From positions 65,507 through 129,506 of IMG/VR virus record IMGVR_UViG_3300021256_000066: 64,000 nt of DNA; one strand, 5' to 3'. This DNA comes from a virus (taxonomy: Duplodnaviria; Caudoviricetes). Shown one piece after another: positions 7,956-15,821 of the stretch. The notes under the pieces are model-generated. The model was given only the letters and a program-made list of their open reading frames with translations. It made no database searches and was not told the DNA's origin. A program made the translations under genes and the position numbers. Each line of letters begins with the position of its first letter. Position 1 is the first letter of the stretch.

Positions 7956-8202
7956 AGCGAAACGATACAGCACAGCAGGTCGCCCGTTCCTTGAAATCGC
8001 CACGAGGGGGGGGCAGACCGTACTGCGAATCCGACAAGCCACCGAACAGGGCTATATCGAGTGCGACCCGCAGGGTGTCTGCGACCTTGCCTACCCGGAG
8101 AGCGAACTGCGCCGTGCCCGTGTCAAGGACCGAGGCCGCGTCTGCGGAACGCTGATGAGCGACAATCAGCAGTTCTGCGTCTTCATCGAACATGACATAT
8201 AG
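7948..8202 (+). CDS. MTase TRD-like cassette 14 (G8 tract 8006-8013; in frame)
   Basis: IRQATEQGYIEC..GVCDLAYPESELRRARV...VCGTL; resembles, from recall, variable-region segments of phage C5-MTases. Confidence 0.75.
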   Translation: MSEAKRYSTAGRPFLEIATRGGQTVLRIRQATEQGYIECDPQGVCDLAYPESELRRARVKDRGRVCGTLMSDNQQFCVFIEHDI

Positions 8203-8246
8203 TACAAAATATATACGAATATCTCAACAAACAAAACAAGAATCTT

Positions 8247-8570
8247 ATGAAACAGACATTTGAATTTGACGAAGAGCAGGTGCTGACGATTGTAACGGCA
8301 CTTGGAGTATTGAAAGACCGCATCGGTCAGAAAGGCAGCTGGTTGCAGCGCAAGCGAATGCCGACACTGCGCGGACGATTGGCCGACTGTATCACCATTG
8401 GTGACGAAACGGAGGCCGACGGGGTGCGCAAGGCTCTGGCTAAGGCGCAGAAGGATCACCAGAGCCGCATTACCCGAGGCGAGAAGATTGCCGAACTGAT
8501 GAACGATATCAAGCAGCAGGCGGGTGTGACCACCGAAAGACTGCGTGACTACGACATCGCGGAGGGCTGA
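8247..8570 (+). CDS. Hypothetical protein
   Basis: 107-aa ORF with AT-rich leader. Confidence 0.7.
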   Translation: MKQTFEFDEEQVLTIVTALGVLKDRIGQKGSWLQRKRMPTLRGRLADCITIGDETEADGVRKALAKAQKDHQSRITRGEKIAELMNDIKQQAGVTTERLRDYDIAEG

Positions 8571-8718
8571 CCGATGGCAGACCTCACTATCACTATCCCG
8601 AGCCAAGACCTCGGTGACTTCTATCGGATGTTGCGGGACTTCAGGCGAAATCGTGGCAACACGTTCGCCTACCTGCAAATCGAACTTGAACAGCGATACC
8701 CCAAACTGAAAGAGCGAT

Positions 8719-9099
8719 ATGGAACTGCATCTGAAGATTAACGACGTGGTGGGCATGGACGACGAGAAGCGCCACATACTGCGAGTGGACGAGGAAAGCC
8801 TGCGCACGGCACTGATGGCTCACCCAGGATGGCTGACGCAGAACGTGGTCAAGGACTGGCTCTTGAAGCACAACACCAGACTGCTGAACGAAATCATCGA
8901 CGACCCCACGCTGCGCAACAACATCTATATGGCCGAGAAAGCCAAGCGCGACGGCAAGGCCGAGCAGCGTGAGCGGCATCGGCTGTTTGAGATTGAGAAA
9001 AAGCGCAGGCACGACCAGTTCATCGCATCGCAGAACTATCGGCAGAGCGTAGATTACATTCACAACGTATTAGGATGGAACAATGACGAAACCGATTAA
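8719..9099 (+). CDS. Hypothetical protein
   Basis: 126-aa ORF. Confidence 0.7.
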   Translation: MELHLKINDVVGMDDEKRHILRVDEESLRTALMAHPGWLTQNVVKDWLLKHNTRLLNEIIDDPTLRNNIYMAEKAKRDGKAEQRERHRLFEIEKKRRHDQFIASQNYRQSVDYIHNVLGWNNDETD

Positions 9100-9125
9100 G
9101 GGGTCTAACCCCGTGACTATATAAT

Positions 9126-9947
9126 ATGCGAAACTACAAGGAACTATCAGAGGAGGAGGTGGAGCAGCTGGAGCGGCTCTACCCCGTGACACCGAACAGG
9201 CGGTTGAGCCAGATGTTTGGCGTGTCGGTGGATGCCATCAACGACCACTTCGCACGACCTCGCGGCTGGCAGAAAGACCAGTCGGCCATCAAGCACGCCA
9301 CGCACGGCACCTACCACGAGTTGACGGAGAAGGAGGAGCAGTGGATCGTGCGCCACTACCACAACACCCGCAACGGCGACATCCTGGCGAAGTACGGCAT
9401 CGGCGAGAGTCAGCTGCACAAGGTGCGCAGGAAGTACGGACTGAAGAAGAGCGACCGATTCATGCAGAAGACGCGGCGCGAGGCGGTGGCGCATAGTGTG
9501 ACGGCCTTCCGCGAGCACGGTGAGAGTGAACGGGCTGCGGAGCGGGCACGGCAGGCGTGGGCCGAGCGCAAGCGCAAGGGCGACTACGGCAACGTGGGCT
9601 TTAAGAAAGGAGAATCAAACAAAGACCGCATGTCGCCAAGGCGATACAAGCAGATGATGGAGAAGGCACGGCAGAAGCGCAACGAGACCATCCGTCGCGA
9701 CCGTGTGCGCATCCACTTCGGACTGGAGCCGAAGACGAAGCTGGTGAAGAACTGGGACGCCAACCGCGACTGGCGCAAGTGCCACTATCGGTATAAGTTC
9801 CGCGAGTTCGGCTACGACGTGGAGAAGGGCGGCAACGATATCTACTACTTCGCCGACACCGTGCGCCACCCCATCATGGAGCGCAACGCACAGCGGCATG
9901 GCATCAGGATTCTGCCTGCGGAGGAAGAGGAACAACGAATTGTCTAA
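9126..9947 (+). CDS. Basic protein with two HTH-like repeats
   Basis: LSEEEVEQLERLYPVTPNRRLSQMFGVS and LTEKEEQWIVRHYHNTRNGDILAKYGIG. Confidence 0.65.
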   Translation: MRNYKELSEEEVEQLERLYPVTPNRRLSQMFGVSVDAINDHFARPRGWQKDQSAIKHATHGTYHELTEKEEQWIVRHYHNTRNGDILAKYGIGESQLHKVRRKYGLKKSDRFMQKTRREAVAHSVTAFREHGESERAAERARQAWAERKRKGDYGNVGFKKGESNKDRMSPRRYKQMMEKARQKRNETIRRDRVRIHFGLEPKTKLVKNWDANRDWRKCHYRYKFREFGYDVEKGGNDIYYFADTVRHPIMERNAQRHGIRILPAEEEEQRIV

Positions 9948-9969
9948 CAATAATAACACTGGAAATCTT

Positions 9970-10734
9970 ATGAAACAGAACGAGAGAGAGGGGCAGACTT
10001 TGCTACCGGAGAACTATCACTACTACAAGGTGCTGGCCGAATCAGCCACGGGCAAACGGCTGATGGCGCTGCTGCACGCCTGCAAGAAGTGCGAACAGGC
10101 CGCCGACGACTGGTGCAAGAAGTTCGGGGCGAAGTATTACTGCGACGATCCGAACTACTTTGCGGGGGGCGTGGCGTGCGTGGCTTTCGACGGCAAGCCC
10201 GACCCGAAGCTGTGGCGGGAATACACGACGGTGGAGGGTGAGCAGTATTACCTGCCGGCCTGCGAGGCGGTGGCCGACAGGGTGGAGATACCTCACAGGG
10301 ACTATGCTCTGCACGACACTTGGGACACGATGTATCTGCGCAACCAGATACGGGAGGTCACGGAGAAGGGCGACGACGGCACGGATGTGAAGCGGCTCTA
10401 CGTGGCACGGCTGTCGTTCCGGCCTGCTGGCAATCAGACAGACTCGCACGGAAGGCCTGTCCAGGCCGGACGGGCACTGCGGCGGGCTATCGGGGCCGAA
10501 CAGAAGCGGCTGCGCCTGCCGGTGGTGACAGTTCAGCAGGTCTATCAGGCCTTCGGGGCCGTGGTGCCCGACGGACGGCTCACTCCGCGCACACCCATCG
10601 TGTTCCTCTGGGGAGCATCCATCTACATCGGCTCTGCCTACCCCTGCGAGGCGAAGGGACTGACGGAGATCACGATGCAGCAGTGCCGCACCGCCGCCTG
10701 CAAGTTCGAGCGAGAGGACGGACGGGGGAGTTAG
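9970..10734 (+). CDS. Hypothetical protein
   Basis: 254-aa ORF converging on the integrase gene. Confidence 0.7.
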   Translation: MKQNEREGQTLLPENYHYYKVLAESATGKRLMALLHACKKCEQAADDWCKKFGAKYYCDDPNYFAGGVACVAFDGKPDPKLWREYTTVEGEQYYLPACEAVADRVEIPHRDYALHDTWDTMYLRNQIREVTEKGDDGTDVKRLYVARLSFRPAGNQTDSHGRPVQAGRALRRAIGAEQKRLRLPVVTVQQVYQAFGAVVPDGRLTPRTPIVFLWGASIYIGSAYPCEAKGLTEITMQQCRTAACKFEREDGRGS

Positions 10735-11927
10735 GTCTTGGCGGCAGCGTCGGTGTCGAACACGCGGTCGAGCAGACGGAAATTATTGTCGTTGATCACC
10801 GAGAAATCTTTCTGAATATAGATATCAGCCACGTCGTAACTGCCGACGTGGTTGAGTGCTTCATCGACATCGCCTTTCGAGAAGTGCATCAGGTTGCGCG
10901 AGAGCGTGGCGAAGGTATGCCGTGCCTGGTAGAACTGCAGGCCGTCGATTCCAACCGCCTCGCCGACGGTTTTCAGTCCGAGGTTCAGTGCCTTGTTGAA
11001 CGTCGATTCGTCGCGGTAGCGCTCGTGGAACGAGAAGACGCGACTGCTGCCCCGATAGCGCTTGATGAGCTTGGCGATGACGGGGTGGATGCGCACCTCG
11101 ATATAGGCATCGTCCTGACGGCGGTCGCGGGTCTTTATGCGGTTATACTTTAACACACCACCCGTCAGCGTCCGTGCCTCGTACATATCCACGGAGTTCA
11201 TACCCATCAGACAGAACGAAAGCACAAAGCAGTCGCGGGCCAGTTGCGGTCGGCTGTGCGCCTTGCCCTTGTAGCGATAGATGGCGAGCAACTGTTCCAG
11301 CGTGAGCGCACGGACACCCTTCTTCATCGGCTGTCGCGGCACACGGAAGCGCAGGAATGGGTCGTTCTGGATAGGCTGGTCGTAGTCGGTATTGTAGCGT
11401 CGCATGGCCTCGCGGTAGAGGTGGCGCATCTGTCCGAGGTAGAGCGACGCGGCACGGGGCTTGTCGTGCATCGTCTGCGCAAAGCTGTCGAGCAGGGGGT
11501 AGGTGATCTGCGCGAACGGCAGCGACCGCCGACCGAGGTGCTCCTCCAGTCGGTTCAGCATCGTGCGGTAGTTCTTGGCGCCCTTGATGTCGTGGCGCCG
11601 CAGCCATTCGTCGGTAAACGTGAAGAAGTCGAGCACCTGCTCTCCCTGTGTCAGTCGGGCGGCAATCTCCTGAGCGTCCATCGTCGCCGTGCCAAGCGAC
11701 TCCAGTTGCAGTGCGTCGAGCCGTTCCTGCAACTCGCGTCGCTTCTGTTCAATCATCTTCGCCTTCTCCGGCTCACGGATGCGCTTGCCGTTGGTAGTCA
11801 GTTCCGAGTCGGTGGCGGTGACACCCGTCGGGATGCGCTTCTTCGTCCGGCCTTCGCACACCAGGAACGACACCGGGTGCAGCCGTTTCTTATTCTTCTT
11901 GCCAATCTCAATCGTAATTGTTGCCAT
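10731..11927 (-). CDS. int: Tyrosine integrase (Bacteroidales type; arm-binding, SAM-like and catalytic domains)
   Basis: FCLMGMNSVD, YNRIKT, FYQARHTFATL, ALNH...ADIYI. Confidence 0.92.
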   Translation of the reverse strand: MATITIEIGKKNKKRLHPVSFLVCEGRTKKRIPTGVTATDSELTTNGKRIREPEKAKMIEQKRRELQERLDALQLESLGTATMDAQEIAARLTQGEQVLDFFTFTDEWLRRHDIKGAKNYRTMLNRLEEHLGRRSLPFAQITYPLLDSFAQTMHDKPRAASLYLGQMRHLYREAMRRYNTDYDQPIQNDPFLRFRVPRQPMKKGVRALTLEQLLAIYRYKGKAHSRPQLARDCFVLSFCLMGMNSVDMYEARTLTGGVLKYNRIKTRDRRQDDAYIEVRIHPVIAKLIKRYRGSSRVFSFHERYRDESTFNKALNLGLKTVGEAVGIDGLQFYQARHTFATLSRNLMHFSKGDVDEALNHVGSYDVADIYIQKDFSVINDNNFRLLDRVFDTDAAAKT

Positions 11928-11968
11928 ACCTTTATATATATTATAGGTCCTGCGCCCGACGTCGAAAG

Positions 11969-12255
11969 CTCCCCGTAACTCCCCGTAACTCCCCGTTACT
12001 TTTGACGGAAATCTGACGGAAATTTATCGGCCTGAAAGTGGAGATTCCATCCAAAAACGACCTCTCCAATTTTTGCCGAAAATCCACGCAAACCTTTATT
12101 TGCAGGGATTCCACGGCTGTGATCCCGTTGGGATTCAAACCCAAGACCTTCAGAACCGGAATCTATGCCGCAGAAACCCGCATGGAGCCTTTGCCCGTCG
12201 GTGTTTCGTTGTTTTTTGTTTGCTCGTTTGACGGAAATACAGCGGAAATCCGTCA
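11969..12255. mobile_element. attP region with putative arm-type sites
   Basis: TGACGGAAAT at 12003, 12014 and 12229; CAGCGGAAAT at 12240; three CTCCCCGTWA at 11969-11998; all flank the tRNA-like core. Confidence 0.75.
12119..12164 (-). other. att core: 3' half of tRNA-Arg(CCG), not a complete tRNA
   Basis: Minus strand AGATTCCGGTTCTGAAGGTCTTGGGTTTGAATCCCAACGGGATCAC = anticodon loop, T arm and acceptor 3' strand; 5' half absent. Confidence 0.82.
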
Positions 12256-12765
12256 CTACTCTCCCGCCGACGGGAGGTCTCCCTCACCCGTCGTTCCGAG
12301 TTTGAACGGCAGGTCGCCCATCAGTTCTTTCGAGCGGTAGGCCGCCAACTGCCGTCGCAGGTCGGCCACCTGTTCCTGCAGGTTGTCGATCAGTGCCTGC
12401 TTGTCGGCAATCCGTCCGTCTTTGTCGGCCAGCAGTGCGTCTTTGTCCTTCAACTGAGCCTTCAGTGTAGCGATGGTCTCGTTCTTTGCCGCGAGGGTGC
12501 CCTTCGCGTCGCCCTGTTCGGTCGGCTCATCCACAACAAGCATCTCCCCCTCACCGTGCATCAGCCAGTTGGCCGAGATACAGCCGTAGGAGCGCTGCAC
12601 TCTCACGCAGATATTGTCGGTCAGCACTTTCGGGTCGCCTTTCAGCATCCGAGATACGTTTGGCGCCGTCGAACCGATGGCGTCCGCCATGTCTTTTTGG
12701 GTATGCAGATACCCGTGGTCACGCAGATAGTTGAACGCTGCGTTCATCCGTTCCTTCTTATCCAT
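12256..12765 (-). CDS. CI-like repressor (XRE HTH plus coiled-coil C-terminus)
   Basis: TQKDMADAIGSTAPNVSRMLKG...ISANWLMHGEGEM; divergent from the early operon. Confidence 0.85.
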   Translation of the reverse strand: MDKKERMNAAFNYLRDHGYLHTQKDMADAIGSTAPNVSRMLKGDPKVLTDNICVRVQRSYGCISANWLMHGEGEMLVVDEPTEQGDAKGTLAAKNETIATLKAQLKDKDALLADKDGRIADKQALIDNLQEQVADLRRQLAAYRSKELMGDLPFKLGTTGEGDLPSAGE

Positions 12766-12823
12766 AATAACTAAAATAAGTTAAATAATAACCTAAGTTG
12801 CGATGGATAATAATATTAATTCT

Positions 12824-12954
12824 TATCTTTGCAATCCGTAAGCAAGTAGTAAACTACGAACTAATCGGGCAAAAGAATAGCCGTTGACGCATAAAGTTCT
12901 AATCCACAAGACATTTGCGCCACTTTGCAATACCAAAATCCAAGCGCAAAGATA
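12824..12954. promoter_or_regulatory. Face-to-face Bacteroidetes -7 elements of the lysis/lysogeny switch
   Basis: TATCTTTG on + at 12824-12831 and on - at 12947-12954. Confidence 0.6.
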
Positions 12955-13005
12955 CGGCTTTCTTCCCGATTATTGTAAGATAGGTGTAAACTTTTTAATT
13001 AATTT

Positions 13006-13251
13006 ATGATTTGCGAAAAGGTAGGAAGAGCCGAATGGCAGAGTATGAAAGTGGGTGATGTCCGTATCTATACATTACCTGACGAGAAGGCAAAGGAAGC
13101 CGCACGGGTGGCCGCTCAGGCCGTGCAGAAGAACGACCGGTACGACTTCCAGCGTTTCTTCGAGCAGGATTTGCGACAGTTGTTGGGTGGTGATTTCGAT
13201 GCCGTGGTGCCGAACATGGACACGACCATCGCATTCAAACGTATCAGGTAG
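13006..13251 (+). CDS. Small early protein at the Cro position
   Basis: First rightward ORF after the switch. Confidence 0.6.
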   Translation: MICEKVGRAEWQSMKVGDVRIYTLPDEKAKEAARVAAQAVQKNDRYDFQRFFEQDLRQLLGGDFDAVVPNMDTTIAFKRIR

Positions 13252-13255
13252 GCGT

Positions 13256-13567
13256 ATGAACATCGAACTGAAAGACTTGTTGTCGCTGATGACCGATGCG
13301 GTGGATGCAGGCGTACAGAAGTACGTGCGCTCTTGTGACCCGCAGGCCGACTATATCAAGCAGGCCGAGGCAAAGCGCTACCTGCAGAAGCTGGGCTTCA
13401 AGGCGGCGATGCTGCAACGGTGGGTCGATGGCGGACTGCTCACCCCCGTGAAGACGAGTGACGCGCAGAATGCGTCGGTCATTTATTCGATGGCGGACAT
13501 CAAGGCGCTGGTCAGTTCGGTACGTCTGAAGACCCTTACCAACAAGTCGGACCACGACTATATATAA
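13256..13567 (+). CDS. Excisionase/MerR-like winged-helix protein
   Basis: YIKQAEAKRYL...MLQRWVDGGLLTPVK...VIYSMADI. Confidence 0.55.
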   Translation: MNIELKDLLSLMTDAVDAGVQKYVRSCDPQADYIKQAEAKRYLQKLGFKAAMLQRWVDGGLLTPVKTSDAQNASVIYSMADIKALVSSVRLKTLTNKSDHDYI

Positions 13568-13749
13568 AGGTAGGTATGATTGCCGATGGTCCTATCATCC
13601 ACTTTTCGCCCGCCGACGCGCCCGACCTGCCTGAGCTCCACAATCCGAAGGAGCTTCAGCCGAAGAAACGCGAGACACCAGGGCCGAAGGACTGGCAACC
13701 GATAGGCGACATCTGGTGAAAACAGAGAAACAATAATTCATCAATCGAT

Positions 13750-15441
13750 ATGGGAATAACAGTGTTAATTGTATTCGTACTTGCAATAGCAGGGGCAATC
13801 GTGTGGTTCTTCATCAAAAACAAGAAAGAGCCGAGTGTTCAACCGGAGAAGCCATCAGAGGCTGCCTCACAGCCTTCAGCGCCACCTGTGGATGACACAT
13901 CAGCGCAACAAGAACAGCCGAAGGAAGAACCGAAGGAAGAGGTAAAGGAAGAGCAGAAGCCAGTGGAGGAAGAGAAACCAGTGGTCTCCAAGCCAAAGCC
14001 TGATGACAAACCCAAGCCCATTCCCTTTGATGACAAACCAAAGTATGACGAGGAGTTTGAAGGCTACCTTGACAAGTATAGCCAATTTGCTAAGATAGAG
14101 AGGGATTCTTATACATATAGATACTTCTATGAGCTGTTCATAGAGGCAAAATCACAGTTGCGGATAGACACTTCTCATGGGTTGCCTATCCTTCTGAAAC
14201 AAGAAAACTTTCCCACTCTCTACGAATGGGGAGACGAAGGCGATCCAAAGAAAGCACAAGACTCTCTTATTGGCTGGCTATTCGCTCTGCAACTTGCAGA
14301 ACTGAAGCCCTATTACAGGGCAGACATCTTCAAGGTAGGCTATGAGATGGGTGGCTATGATAAGTATTCTAATATCTACGGCTATAAGTTTGAACTTGAC
14401 CCGAATGTTATGCGTATATTGGCTGGTGCGATCTACCCCGCAATGAAGGGTTTTTGCAAGCCAGTGACGGAGACTCTGAGAAGAGAGGTGGAAGGCTCAA
14501 AGTATAGCAAGACATTAGGTCAGCTATACACAGATGAGAAACGTGATAACGTGGCACCGAGTGGATTCTTTACTGACTTCCGTGTGTTCATGCCTACAGC
14601 ACCGGCTCCATACCTCTCCACATACAGCAAGAGAAGCGACAGGACTTATCCCAATGAGCCGAGGGATGAGTATGACAATCTCAAGATTGACCGCCAGATT
14701 CACGAAATGATAGTAGAGGCATACAACCTCAATCAGCCAGAGCACTACCAGGAGGTAGTGCAAGCCATAGCCGACAAGGAGGCTAAGAAAGAGCACCTGT
14801 TTGGTAAAAACGTTAATACAAAGCATTATCACTTCCACCCTGTATTCGGTGAGGACACGATTGGTGTTGAACTACCCTATGATGGTGTACTTGGTGACTT
14901 TGCATACCTATGCCTGCAGACCGGCAGCGCATCAAGGGGAATACTACAGAGTGCCACGATTACACCTCCGCAGTATGGCAGATTAAGACCTGGGTGTAGT
15001 TGGAGTCAAGAGGCAAAGAAAAACTCTAAAACTGACGACAGGAGGAATATCCTCACTAACTTTGAGATTGAGGATGGTGATGGATCACCAACAGGCTACT
15101 ATGACAAGAATGGTAACTGGGTATATATGAACGGGATTCATAATCCCGCAGAGTTTGAAGAGTACCAGAAGACACATCTATATGCCAACTCATATCCAAG
15201 TGGTCATTCAAGTGGTATGTTCTGCTGTTCAATGGTATTGATGGAACTGATGCCCAACAAGGCAGACCTTATTCTGAAAGCTGCCAACCAATATGCAGTG
15301 AATCGCACGATTGCCCGTTACCACTGGACATCGGACACTATCAACGGAAGGGTGCTTGGAAGTGCCACCAATGCAATATGCCATGCGGCGAGCGACTATT
15401 ACAAGATGCTGAAAACCATCGAGAAAGAGTTGTCGTGTTAA
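13750..15441 (+). CDS. Membrane-anchored PAP2/class A acid phosphatase-haloperoxidase superfamily protein
   Basis: N-terminal TM, P/E/K-rich linker, motifs YGRLRP, SYPSGH and RTIARYHWTSD. Confidence 0.82.
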   Translation: MGITVLIVFVLAIAGAIVWFFIKNKKEPSVQPEKPSEAASQPSAPPVDDTSAQQEQPKEEPKEEVKEEQKPVEEEKPVVSKPKPDDKPKPIPFDDKPKYDEEFEGYLDKYSQFAKIERDSYTYRYFYELFIEAKSQLRIDTSHGLPILLKQENFPTLYEWGDEGDPKKAQDSLIGWLFALQLAELKPYYRADIFKVGYEMGGYDKYSNIYGYKFELDPNVMRILAGAIYPAMKGFCKPVTETLRREVEGSKYSKTLGQLYTDEKRDNVAPSGFFTDFRVFMPTAPAPYLSTYSKRSDRTYPNEPRDEYDNLKIDRQIHEMIVEAYNLNQPEHYQEVVQAIADKEAKKEHLFGKNVNTKHYHFHPVFGEDTIGVELPYDGVLGDFAYLCLQTGSASRGILQSATITPPQYGRLRPGCSWSQEAKKNSKTDDRRNILTNFEIEDGDGSPTGYYDKNGNWVYMNGIHNPAEFEEYQKTHLYANSYPSGHSSGMFCCSMVLMELMPNKADLILKAANQYAVNRTIARYHWTSDTINGRVLGSATNAICHAASDYYKMLKTIEKELSC

Positions 15442-15821
15442 AACGAGGTGATGATGACGGAGCGCATGGTAATGATAGCGATAGAACTGTTTGCCATGCT
15501 GGCAGCAGTGTCGCTCTTTTGGAACAAACCCGACAAACAATAATGAAACCCCGTTGCAGACCAGCCGCCGACGCTGCGGGGAATAATGTATAAAACTATA
15601 AAACTTATGAAACCGATTATGAACAAAGAGACAAAGACAACGGAGCCAGACCGAAGGGGACCGTCGATGACCGACGAGTCGCCGACACCGAGTATCTGGT
15701 ACAGCTGAGTCGCGTCCGACCAACGATTCTGACTCCAGCCCCGCCGTCATCCCATTCTTGATGCTACGGCAGCCTACCACAGACGGCGGGGCATTTTCAA
15801 ACATTCAAAAGAAAAGGCGAT

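Noticed and set aside
4442-8202. CRISPR array, invertible shufflon or DGR
   Set aside because: Repeats are only 11 bp, all in the same orientation and protein-coding; no cas, invertase or reverse transcriptase gene is visible in the window.
12119-12164. Functional tRNA gene
   Set aside because: Only the anticodon loop to the 3' end is present; the D arm and 5' acceptor strand are missing, so it is treated as an att core.
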